From Candidatus Latescibacterota bacterium (lineage in GTDB: Bacteria > Latescibacterota > UBA2968 > UBA8231): a stretch of DNA of 64,000 nucleotides. The stretch's first letter is position 1; each line of letters opens with the position of its first letter. The notes under the pieces are model-generated. The model made no database searches. It saw nothing but the letters and a program-made list of their open reading frames with translations, and was not told where the DNA came from. The position numbers and the translations under genes were made by a program. Below, piece by piece: positions 55,618 through 64,000 of the stretch. The stretch is taken from assembly GCA_965248355.1 (NCBI GenBank), contig OZ252098.1, positions 5,439,662-5,503,661 on the forward strand, given 5' to 3'.

Positions 55618-57036
55618 TCAGCGAAGGAGAAGCAGTCTGCGGGTCTGCTCCTGCCCGTTGGCCCTGAGCCGGCAGGCATAGACGCCGGAAGCCAGTTCCA
55701 ACCCGCGGGTGTTGCGTCCCTCCCAGACGAAGGACCAGGTCCCTGGCAGGTAGAGCCCCCGGGCCAGGGTTGCGACCTGTTGTCCGCTCATGTTGAACAC
55801 CGCCAGTTCCATGTCGGCCCGGGTGTCCAGGTCGATGCGGATCACCGTCGACGGGTTGAAGGGATTGGGGTAGTTCTGCGCGAGGTGGAAAGCGGAAGGC
55901 CGGCGATTCACCTGCTCCACGTTCACCGCGGTCTCCGTCAGCGGGGTGGTGAGCCTGTAGGCCTGGAGGCCCACGGTGCCGTCGGCGAGGTAGAGCAGCC
56001 CGTCGTCGTGGGGCTGCACGCTCCAGGCGGACCCCGGATAGGTGTGGTAGCCGACTTCCACCGGGCGCGCCGGGTCGCTCAGGTCGAAGACGCGCAGACC
56101 CGCCTCGTAGCAGGCCCAGTACAACAGGCCGTCCCGGACCCACGGGTTGTGCGGGCCGAGGATTTCCCCATGAGGCGGTGGTTGCATGCCGAAGGAGTGG
56201 ATCAACTCAGGCTGCCCGGGATCGGCGATATCGACGACGTGGAGGCGCCGCTCCCAGCCGCCGAACTCCTGGTTGCAGTAGACGTAGTCCCCCTCGGCCC
56301 AGGCGCTGTGGGTGCCTTCGGGGAAGGGCAGCTCCCCAAGCAGCGCGGGTGCGTCCGGGTCGGTGAGGTCGAGAAGGACCAGCCCGGAGAAGTAATCGCT
56401 GACGACGGCGAGGTTGTCGCGGATGAAGACGTCGTGCACCAGATTGCTGAAACTTCCATGCTGCCAGGAGCCCGAGACCACGGGCGCGGCCGGATCGGAG
56501 ATATCGACGATGCTCAGGCCCGGGCTCTCCATGTGAGCGAGATAGAGGCGATCGCCGTGGATGAAGAGATTGTGGACGCCGCCCCGGCCGCGCGCCTCGA
56601 GCCGCGACAGCTCGACGGGATTGGCCGGATCGGAAATGTCGAGGATCAGCAACCCGAAGTCGGAGTCGATCCGCTGCACTCCGACAACCGCCAGATCACC
56701 CGCGATCTTGATGTCCACCGCGGGTCCGGGGGTGCGGACCTCGGCGACCTTGCGCATGTTGGCAGGATCGGAGATGTCGACGAAATGGACGATGCCGCGA
56801 AGATCCCCCATCAGCGCGTGGTCCCCCGCGAGATAGAGGTCGGTCCCCCAAGGCAGGTCCCCCTCCTGGGGAGGGCTGACGAGGACGATCTCGCCGACGC
56901 GTTCCACATGGAGGCTGTCGGGAGCCTCGTCGGGGGCGAGGGTGGGGAAGGGCGCCTGGCCGGTGGTCTCCGCGTGTCCGCAGGTGGCCGCGGCAACGAG
57001 GAGGATCAGCAGTGGCATGGGCTTTTCTGTGTGCAT
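55618..57036 (-). CDS. Secreted LVIVD-repeat beta-propeller with C-terminal FlgD-Ig (T9SS-CTD-like) domain
   Basis: AGGAGG RBS, signal peptide, repeated (I/V)DISDPxxP, and [18 protein letters not shown]...LASGVY...LLLLR. Confidence 0.85.
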   Translation of the reverse strand: MHTEKPMPLLILLVAAATCGHAETTGQAPFPTLAPDEAPDSLHVERVGEIVLVSPPQEGDLPWGTDLYLAGDHALMGDLRGIVHFVDISDPANMRKVAEVRTPGPAVDIKIAGDLAVVGVQRIDSDFGLLILDISDPANPVELSRLEARGRGGVHNLFIHGDRLYLAHMESPGLSIVDISDPAAPVVSGSWQHGSFSNLVHDVFIRDNLAVVSDYFSGLVLLDLTDPDAPALLGELPFPEGTHSAWAEGDYVYCNQEFGGWERRLHVVDIADPGQPELIHSFGMQPPPHGEILGPHNPWVRDGLLYWACYEAGLRVFDLSDPARPVEVGYHTYPGSAWSVQPHDDGLLYLADGTVGLQAYRLTTPLTETAVNVEQVNRRPSAFHLAQNYPNPFNPSTVIRIDLDTRADMELAVFNMSGQQVATLARGLYLPGTWSFVWEGRNTRGLELASGVYACRLRANGQEQTRRLLLLR

Positions 57037-57133
57037 GGCTGGTCCTCCTGGATTCAAGGGCGGCAGGCCCCGCGGCCCGTGGAAGAGACCCCGGTCATCT
57101 AAGGACGCCCCGGGAGACTGCGAAGGTTCCTCC

Positions 57134-58798
57134 ATGATCCCGCCTGCATCGGGCCCTGACCCTCGCCGTAACGATCTCGACGCCCTGAGGGCGGCGGCCA
57201 TGCTCCTCGGCATCGTGTTGCACGCGGGGCTGTCATTCACGCCCTTCCCCTGGCCGGTTCAGGATACGCGGCAGAGCGGCCTGTACGGGTTGCTGTTCGC
57301 CGCCATCCACGGCTTCCGCATGCCCGTGTTCTTCCTGCTGAGCGGCTTCTTCACGGCCATGCTCTGGCGCCGGCGCGGGCTGAAGTCACTCCTCTCCCAT
57401 CGCTTCCGCCGCGTCTTCCTGCCCTTTCTGCTCGGGCTGGTCAGCATCGTTCCCGCGGTGAACTGGGTCAGCGGCCGTGCGATTGCATCCGCCTTCGAGG
57501 CTGACGCGGCCGGGGCCGAGGACAGCATCTGGGCCGCGGCCAGGGAAGGCGACCCGGCCGCTGTCGAGCGTCACGTGGCGGACGGAGCCGATATCGAGGG
57601 GATCGATCCCGCCTTCGGGATAACCCCCCTGGTGTGGGCGGCCCTGGCCGGCCGGGTCGAAGCTGCCGAGTGGCTGCTGGGGAACGGGGCCGACGTCCAT
57701 GGCCGCGGCAAGGATGGGGGAACGCCCCTGCACGCGGCCGCCTTCCTCGGGCGGGCAGAAGTCGCCGAGACGCTGCTTCGGCACGGGGCGGATCCGGCTG
57801 CGAAGAACCACAAGGGCGAGACCCCCCGGGAGGCCCTGGAGGTGGACGGGCAGGTCACCCGGTACCTGGCGGGCCTGTTGCAGGTCGAGTTCGACGAGGG
57901 GCAAGTCAAGGCCGGCCGCCTGCACATCGCCGGGCTGCTCGAACGATCGGCCCCTGGCGATGGTCGGGAGGAGACCGGCAGGCCGGAGGAGGAGCCCGCA
58001 GCGTTCAGGTACGTCAAGGGGATGGAGTCTCCGGTCTTCGCGGTGCCTTTCTTCGCCCATCTCTGGTTTCTCTGGTTCCTCTCATGGTTCGTCCTGCTCT
58101 TCACCCTCATCGTCGGACTGGCGGGCTGGCTGAAATGCCCGAGGCCGCCGGAGTGGCTGGTCCTGTCTCCCGCGCGGTTTCTGTGGCTGGTCCCCTTGAC
58201 CATGGTTCCGCAGTCGCTCATGGGACTGCTCGTGCCCGGCTTCGGGGCGGACACCTCCCTGGGCCTTCTGCCCATGCCGCACGTCTTCCTCTACTACGCC
58301 CTGTTCTTCGCCTTCGGCGTTCTGTACTTCGACACCGACGACCGGGACGGCCGGGTAGGGAAGTGGTGGCGGCTGGGCCTGCCCTCGGGGCTGCTCGTCC
58401 TCTTCCCCCTCGGGCTGGAATTCTCAACGGGGGCCTTCGGTTTCCGCCAGGAGATCTTCGACCCGGCCACGGCCCGCACCGCCGCGGTGGTCCTGCAGGC
58501 GATCTACCCCTGGACGATGGCCTTCGCCTGCATGGGCCTGTTCCGCCGGCTCTGCTCCCGCGAGAGTTCGAGAATCCGCTATCTGTCGGATTCGTCGTAC
58601 TGGTTGTACCTGGCGCACGTACCGCTGGTCATCGGGGCTCAACTGGCGGTGCGCGACTGGCCCCTTCCCTCGGCGCTGAAGTTCGGCCTGGTTCTCGTCG
58701 CGGTCACCGGCCTGCTGCTGCTGGTCTACCAGCTACTCGTGCGCTACACCTGGCTGGGGCGGCTGCTGAACGGGCCTCGGGTGCGTCCGGCGGGGTAG
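57134..58798 (+). CDS. Acyltransferase-3 (OpgC/MdoC-like) with inserted ankyrin repeats
   Basis: [39 protein letters not shown]; ankyrin GITPLVWAA and GGTPLHAAA. Confidence 0.88.
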   Translation: MIPPASGPDPRRNDLDALRAAAMLLGIVLHAGLSFTPFPWPVQDTRQSGLYGLLFAAIHGFRMPVFFLLSGFFTAMLWRRRGLKSLLSHRFRRVFLPFLLGLVSIVPAVNWVSGRAIASAFEADAAGAEDSIWAAAREGDPAAVERHVADGADIEGIDPAFGITPLVWAALAGRVEAAEWLLGNGADVHGRGKDGGTPLHAAAFLGRAEVAETLLRHGADPAAKNHKGETPREALEVDGQVTRYLAGLLQVEFDEGQVKAGRLHIAGLLERSAPGDGREETGRPEEEPAAFRYVKGMESPVFAVPFFAHLWFLWFLSWFVLLFTLIVGLAGWLKCPRPPEWLVLSPARFLWLVPLTMVPQSLMGLLVPGFGADTSLGLLPMPHVFLYYALFFAFGVLYFDTDDRDGRVGKWWRLGLPSGLLVLFPLGLEFSTGAFGFRQEIFDPATARTAAVVLQAIYPWTMAFACMGLFRRLCSRESSRIRYLSDSSYWLYLAHVPLVIGAQLAVRDWPLPSALKFGLVLVAVTGLLLLVYQLLVRYTWLGRLLNGPRVRPAG

Positions 58799-58847
58799 GC
58801 CCTCCGCCGCGACAGGCTTCGTCCGGATGGGGGCCGCCTCACTGTGG

Positions 58848-59714
58848 CTATCTGAGCAATACCTTCTTCTGCCACCTCTCCCCCGCGTCGGTCTTGAAGA
58901 GGCAGAAGTACTGGCCGCTCCCGAGCTCGCGGCCCTCATCGTCCCGCCGGTCCCACATGACGCGATGTTCGCCGGGACTTTGGCGGCCCAGGACAAGGGT
59001 TCGGACCGGCTGTCCCGCGACATTGCAGATCACCAGTTCAACGGACACGGCGGTGGCGATCTCGTAGGGGATGATCGTGGTGCCGTCTGAGGTGCTGCCC
59101 TCGGGATCGTCCGGCCATCTGCCTGGATCGGTCGGTATCCGCTGCAGCCAGCGCCTGCGTTCTCGTACCAGCTCGGCGATCTCCTCGATGGTACTGTCCG
59201 GTTGGAGTTCGAGAAGCCCAGCCTTCAGTTCCTCCGACCAAGCCGCCGGATCGGCTGCCAGCGCTTGCTGCAGAATCCTGTGGCCTTGTTCGGTGGCGAC
59301 TACCGGATAGCCGAGCATCACCAGTCCCGCCTGCTGGACAATATCGATGACTCCGGTGATCTGTCCGCCGGGTGCCCGTTCGTCGTGCTGGATAACAATC
59401 CTGGGATTGCCCAGCATCTGCTGCTTCGCCTGCAACTGCTCTCCGAGGGTTTCAAGGGTCACCGGTTGGTGGTCCAGCTTCATGCTGCCGTCCTGATACA
59501 CGACCATGAATAGGAACCCATCCCGACGCGGCTCGTCCGCGACCGGGAACAATTCCGAGGCAGCCCCCCAGGAGGGAAGGGTCACGGCGGCCAGGGGGAA
59601 CAGCAGTGCCGCCGCCAGCACGCGGGTCCTCGTGCCCATCCGGGGTGCACCGCCGCGGAGGGTCCTGCGGATCCGCTGCGGCAAGTCCGATTCGGTTGCT
59701 GCAAGAGCGTTCAC
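58848..59714 (-). CDS. Orphan M56 C-terminal module: TM/signal + ExbD-like + FlgD-Ig domain
   Basis: N-terminus homologous to about 63270-63420; IVIQHDERAPGGQITGVIDIVQQAG; NVAGQPVRTL...WDRRDDEGRELGSGQYF; AGGAG RBS. Confidence 0.7.
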   Translation of the reverse strand: MNALAATESDLPQRIRRTLRGGAPRMGTRTRVLAAALLFPLAAVTLPSWGAASELFPVADEPRRDGFLFMVVYQDGSMKLDHQPVTLETLGEQLQAKQQMLGNPRIVIQHDERAPGGQITGVIDIVQQAGLVMLGYPVVATEQGHRILQQALAADPAAWSEELKAGLLELQPDSTIEEIAELVRERRRWLQRIPTDPGRWPDDPEGSTSDGTTIIPYEIATAVSVELVICNVAGQPVRTLVLGRQSPGEHRVMWDRRDDEGRELGSGQYFCLFKTDAGERWQKKVLLR

Positions 59715-59800
59715 GATGGCGATTCTCCTGGCTGAAGGGTTGGGAGGGCGGCCTCGGCGAGGCCTCGCGCGTTAGGCTTCCGGGCGGCCGGTGGCGGCTG
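59715..59800 (-). pseudogene. Remnant of an M56 peptidase domain end
   Basis: ATGRPEA followed by TAA; 24 bp identical to 63488-63511. Confidence 0.75.
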
Positions 59801-59815
59801 CGATGGGCAACTCGG

Positions 59816-61141
59816 TCAGATCTCGCGAACGGCGAAGGCCAGGTACGACGCACCGGAGAACACCACCAGCCAGAGAACCAGGAGCAAGCAGTCGGGCGAT
59901 GCCTTTACGGCAGCCGCACCCGGTGACAACTCGCCCCGGGCCACCTGCATGGGGCTGCGATCGCGGACCGATTTCCACTGCTCACTCGTCGAATCCCCCG
60001 CGCCGCCCCTCGCCTGGACCCCCTGGATGGCGGCCAGCTCGTCGCCTCCTGCCAGGGCAGCGATGGCGAAGAGCATCGAACCGTGGAAGGAAACCCTCAG
60101 CAGGCCCTGGGCAAGGGAGACCTGGCTCATGGTCCTGCGGCTGTAGTCGTTGTACAGCCTGAGGATTTCGCGGCTCGATCGCTGCCGGAGCTCCTCCTGG
60201 CGCTGTTTCCCCGCGTCGTTCAGCCCGAGGAGGAAGAGTCCTGGCTTGACCTCTTCGGCTGCGCGGAATCGCGGATCTGCGCGCAGTGCGCTCTCGTCCG
60301 CTCTCAGCTGGTTGAGGATCTTCCGCTTTTCTCGCTCTATCGACTCCGGTGAGGACCAGGCGCCCGAGGCCGCCACCAGCTGGGGCACGAGACCCGGAAG
60401 CAATCCGACCTGCAATGCCCAGATTGAGAGCAGGACCGCCATGGCCGACGCCGGCCGGTCGGCCATGACCGAGACCAGGACGCCGAGCGAGAGGACGACG
60501 CCCATGTAGATGACGGACACGGCCACCACGCTCAGGGTCACGCCGATCCCGCGGAGGCCGATGTCGGCGTCCACCAACCCTCCTGCCACCAGAGCGCAGA
60601 TGCAGACGCCCACCGCGAAGGGCGCGGACAGGGCCAACATGCCGCCGGCCCACTTGGAGAGCAGGACCTTGTCCCGGCCGACCCCGTACGACAGCAGCAG
60701 GCGCAGCGTCCCTGTCTCTCTCTCGCCGCACAGGCTGTCGTAGCTCATGATGATCGCCAGGAGACTGACGACGGTGCCCAGCACAAAGCCCAGGTTCCCC
60801 GACGGAAACAGCACCTCCATGGGGTCGCGGACACGGCGAAGACTCACGTGGGGCACCCCGTCCACCAGGGCCAGTTGCTGAACCCTGTCGGTGGACGATC
60901 CCCCGAGCAGGCTGCCCAGGAGGCTGGGGGCCTGGTCGACGACGACCACCTGCTGGTCCGAGCTGCCTTCCGGCGGTCCGGCACCGCCGCTGCCATACTC
61001 CTCGACTTGTTCCAGGTAGGCGAGGGACTGGGAGATGGTGAAGGCCACCATCACCGCGAGCAGGCCGCAGGAGACGATGGTGAACCTCAGGCTGAGGAGA
61101 TGTCCGAGGAACTCCTTCTTCACGAGCAGGGGCAGAGTCAT
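59816..61141 (-). CDS. ABC-2-type transporter permease
   Basis: LVKKEF, YDSLCGERETGTLRLLLS, VLLSKW; multi-pass. Confidence 0.85.
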   Translation of the reverse strand: MTLPLLVKKEFLGHLLSLRFTIVSCGLLAVMVAFTISQSLAYLEQVEEYGSGGAGPPEGSSDQQVVVVDQAPSLLGSLLGGSSTDRVQQLALVDGVPHVSLRRVRDPMEVLFPSGNLGFVLGTVVSLLAIIMSYDSLCGERETGTLRLLLSYGVGRDKVLLSKWAGGMLALSAPFAVGVCICALVAGGLVDADIGLRGIGVTLSVVAVSVIYMGVVLSLGVLVSVMADRPASAMAVLLSIWALQVGLLPGLVPQLVAASGAWSSPESIEREKRKILNQLRADESALRADPRFRAAEEVKPGLFLLGLNDAGKQRQEELRQRSSREILRLYNDYSRRTMSQVSLAQGLLRVSFHGSMLFAIAALAGGDELAAIQGVQARGGAGDSTSEQWKSVRDRSPMQVARGELSPGAAAVKASPDCLLLVLWLVVFSGASYLAFAVREI

Positions 61142-61152
61142 GGGCTGGAGCC

Positions 61153-62565
61153 TCAGGCCACCCTGACAGGGGCCCTGATGAAGAAGAAGAAACCCAGCAG
61201 CAGGGAGCCTACGGCAAAGAGGGCGAGGCTGCCCAGATCGGCGATCACCTCGGAGTACGCCGTCGCCACGGCCCGCCGTTCCAGCGCCGGCAGGTCGGCC
61301 TCCCGGAACCACTCTTCCATGGGGAGCCGTTCCGGCGGTCCCGCCAAGAGGCCCCCCTCGGGGAGGCGGTAGACCGGCAGTCTCCTGAGCCTGTCCAGGT
61401 AGTTCTCCGTCTCCCTCCAGAATCTCAGGGTGGCGGCCTGGTGGGCCGCGTACATGGCCATGCCGGTGCCGGACAGCTCCGAGGAGACGGCTCGAAAGCA
61501 TGCCGCCGGGGAGACCCGGGACAGGACCCACGCCAGCCCGTATTGCCGGGACCGGAGACTCAGGTAGTGGCGTTCCAGATCCATCATCTCACTCTCCTGC
61601 AGACGAAGCAGCCGTTCCCTTTCTTCCTGCTTGTCGGCAGGACTCGCCGACTCCACGGCGCCTCGAATCATCCTGTGCGTCGTCTCTCTACGTATCCGTT
61701 CTTCCTGTTCCGCCACCCACCCTGCACCGGGCACGGGGTGGATCAGTTGCGCGGCCAGGGAGGTGACTCTCGGCAGGACAAGGGTCAGCAGGGCCCACAG
61801 GACAAGCGTTACGACCAGCGCCGTGGCCGGCCTCGCCGCCTTGGCCGAGACGCACAGGCCGAGACCTGCGAAGGCCATGCCATAGAGGACGGAGCTCGCC
61901 GACAGCAGGAAGGCGCGGCCCAACAGGTCCGTGAGGCCGACGCCCCCCTGCATGTACAGCACCACGGCGCCCAGGGATACGGCCGCCAATACGGGAAGGG
62001 AGAGGATGACGGCCGTGGCGATTCCCTTCGAGACGAGGATCTCGGCCTTGGAGACGGAGTTGGAGAGTACAAGCTCGAGGACGCCGGTCTCCCGGGGCCC
62101 CGCGACCCCGTCGAAAGTGAGCAGGACCGCAAAGAGGCTGAGGACGAAGGTCACCAGATGGGAGAAGTCGAAGGGGGCCGACAGTCTGGCGAGCCTGCTG
62201 CCTTCGAACTCCGCCAGGCTGACCCAGGTCGACTCCTGCCCGTCTCCCTGCACCGACCTGGGAACCGCCGGCACCACGCCCATGGAGAACGCGCTCAGGG
62301 GATTCACCTGCCGGACGTCGTAGATCTTCTCCTTGTGGTCCATCACCGCGTCGTACTGCTCGTCAGGAGACATGCGGCGCAGGCCCTCAATCCATTCGCT
62401 TCTCTCCCTTGCCTGCTCTTGCAACTCCATGGCCATGCCGCGGTTGTGCTCCATCATCAGCACGATGCTGGAGCACAGCAGAATGACGCAGACCCAGAGA
62501 CCGACCACGGCACGAGGATCCCGCGCCGTGAGCCGGAACTCATTGGTCGTGAGAAGGCCGATCAC
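61153..62565 (-). CDS. ABC-2-type transporter permease
   Basis: FDGVAGPRETGVLELVLSNSVSKAEILVSK; paralog of the adjacent permease. Confidence 0.85.
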   Translation of the reverse strand: MIGLLTTNEFRLTARDPRAVVGLWVCVILLCSSIVLMMEHNRGMAMELQEQARERSEWIEGLRRMSPDEQYDAVMDHKEKIYDVRQVNPLSAFSMGVVPAVPRSVQGDGQESTWVSLAEFEGSRLARLSAPFDFSHLVTFVLSLFAVLLTFDGVAGPRETGVLELVLSNSVSKAEILVSKGIATAVILSLPVLAAVSLGAVVLYMQGGVGLTDLLGRAFLLSASSVLYGMAFAGLGLCVSAKAARPATALVVTLVLWALLTLVLPRVTSLAAQLIHPVPGAGWVAEQEERIRRETTHRMIRGAVESASPADKQEERERLLRLQESEMMDLERHYLSLRSRQYGLAWVLSRVSPAACFRAVSSELSGTGMAMYAAHQAATLRFWRETENYLDRLRRLPVYRLPEGGLLAGPPERLPMEEWFREADLPALERRAVATAYSEVIADLGSLALFAVGSLLLGFFFFIRAPVRVA

Positions 62566-62637
62566 TCCGCGTGTCCGTTTCGCGGTGGCGCGAGGCCGGC
62601 GACCGTAGCGGAAGCAGGGGCCCTGCCGCCGGGACCC

Positions 62638-63999
62638 TTAGTCGGAAGTCGACCCGGCAGGAAGCGGCTCGACGACGACCTGCAACTGATGCACGAGCCC
62701 CTCCTGCCGCGCGATGTCCATGATCTTGACGATCTGACCGTGCCTGGCGCGTTCGTGGCCCTGGATGACGATCATGGAGGTGCTGTCCATCAGGCTGCGC
62801 TCCTTCTCAAGTTCTCCCCCAAGGGTGACCAAGATCACCGGTCTGTTGTTCAGCTTCATGTTGCCGTTCTGATCCACGACGATGAGGAGGCTCTGGCGCC
62901 ACTTCCGGATCCGGTCCTTCAGGTCGGCGAAGGTCACCGTCTGATGGCGCACCATGTTGCCGTCCTGATCCGCGAAGATGCGGTGGACCATTCGTCCGGA
63001 CCGGTCGCTGTCGCCATTCGCAGGATGGTGGATCAGCACTACCTCCGGCCTTCGGCCTCTCTTGACCGTCACCGTCACTTCTCCACTCTCGGCCACCGCA
63101 TGGATGCGCCCGCGAACTCCCTCGGCGATTCCTTCCCCGGGGCCGGCCGACTCGAGGGACCCGTCCGGATCGATGGCCTTCGCCTTTTCCCGGATTCCGT
63201 CAGCAGGAGTCGAATCAGGCGAGACTGCAGCGGCTGCCGGCTCGCCGACCGCGCCGTTGTCGGCAGCCCCGTAGGAGGGCATGGTCACGGCGGCCAGAGG
63301 GCATAGCAGTATCACCGCCAGCACGCGCGCCCCCATGCCCATCCGGCGCACATGACCGTCCAGCGTCCGGCGAATTCTCTGCGAGAGATCCGACTCGGTG
63401 GCAGCAAGGGTGCTCATCACGGGGATTCTCCTGGCTGGAGAGTCCGAGAGGGTTGCACCTTCAGCGACTTGGGCGAGGCCCCGCGCATAGGCTTCCGGGC
63501 GGCCGGTGGCGCATACCACGAGATCGTCGCAGGCCCGTTCGGCTTCGCGCCGAAGCATGCGGCCGCACAGCCACAGGGCGGGGTGGAAGAACAAGGCGGC
63601 GGTGACCAGTCTCTGCAGCAGCAGCGAGAGGTTGTCGCAGCGGCGCACGTGGGCCAGCTCGTGCATGAGGACCAGGGAGAGTTTGCCGGGGCTGAGCCTC
63701 TCGACGACCTGGGTGGGAACGACGATGAGGGGTCTCAGGATGCCGAGGACCATCGGCGAGTGGATCGAAGGGGAGGTGGCCACATCGACCGCAGGACGGC
63801 AGTCGAGGGCTGAACGCGCCCGCCGCAGGGCCTCGAAGAGCGGGCCGTCCCGTTGCACCAGCGCCTGCCGCCTCATGCGCCGGAGGATGCCGAAGCCGAC
63901 CAGTATCCGCCCCGCAAGCAAGCTCGTACCCACGAGCCACAGCAGCGCCGCCCAGCCGGCCGGCGCAAGCGGCGCGCTCGTCGGGGCAGTGGTTGCACC
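62638..63999 (-). CDS. M56 (BlaR1/MecR1-like) metallopeptidase fused to an ExbD-like domain (5' partial)
   Basis: SPMVLG, HELAH, FFHPALW, EAERACDD; C-terminal IVIQGHERARHGQIVKIMDIARQEG; frame is open to the window end. Confidence 0.88.
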   Translation of the reverse strand, partial: GATTAPTSAPLAPAGWAALLWLVGTSLLAGRILVGFGILRRMRRQALVQRDGPLFEALRRARSALDCRPAVDVATSPSIHSPMVLGILRPLIVVPTQVVERLSPGKLSLVLMHELAHVRRCDNLSLLLQRLVTAALFFHPALWLCGRMLRREAERACDDLVVCATGRPEAYARGLAQVAEGATLSDSPARRIPVMSTLAATESDLSQRIRRTLDGHVRRMGMGARVLAVILLCPLAAVTMPSYGAADNGAVGEPAAAAVSPDSTPADGIREKAKAIDPDGSLESAGPGEGIAEGVRGRIHAVAESGEVTVTVKRGRRPEVVLIHHPANGDSDRSGRMVHRIFADQDGNMVRHQTVTFADLKDRIRKWRQSLLIVVDQNGNMKLNNRPVILVTLGGELEKERSLMDSTSMIVIQGHERARHGQIVKIMDIARQEGLVHQLQVVVEPLPAGSTSD

Positions 64000-64000
64000 G

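Overview
High-GC bacterial DNA. C-terminal 'SSWGRIK' and '[11 protein letters not shown]' FlgD-Ig tails and an 'AWLARFGRT' barrel suggest a Latescibacterota/Gemmatimonadota-like, possibly host-associated organism (inference). 1-25 kb is mostly housekeeping and accessory genes: a DUF4838-like protein, an ABC-F ATPase, a GH-like propeller, a metallophosphoesterase, a PuuD-like hydrolase, a triple-DUF5069 protein, mutM, clpP, a PIN/excisionase toxin-antitoxin pair, an MFP plus two RND permeases, rhodanese-moaB-cysG(N), HU/IHF, a DGGGP-synthase-like UbiA, a degenerate Uma2 and hisS. 25-55.5 kb is a surface-adhesin locus: a broken hybrid kinase, an intact sigma-54 activator, a putative sigma-54 promoter (enhancer palindrome, IHF-like site, -24/-12) and a giant Calx-beta/Ig-repeat autotransporter-like gene. 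That gene is split by an ISAzo13-family IS with a TTA target duplication, and removing the IS restores one frame of about 8,530 aa. 55.6-64 kb encodes an LVIVD-FlgD protein, an ankyrin-containing acyltransferase, two ABC permeases, and an M56 (BlaR1-like)-ExbD fusion with a downstream orphan copy of its C-terminal module. No rRNA, tRNA or CRISPR array was recognised.
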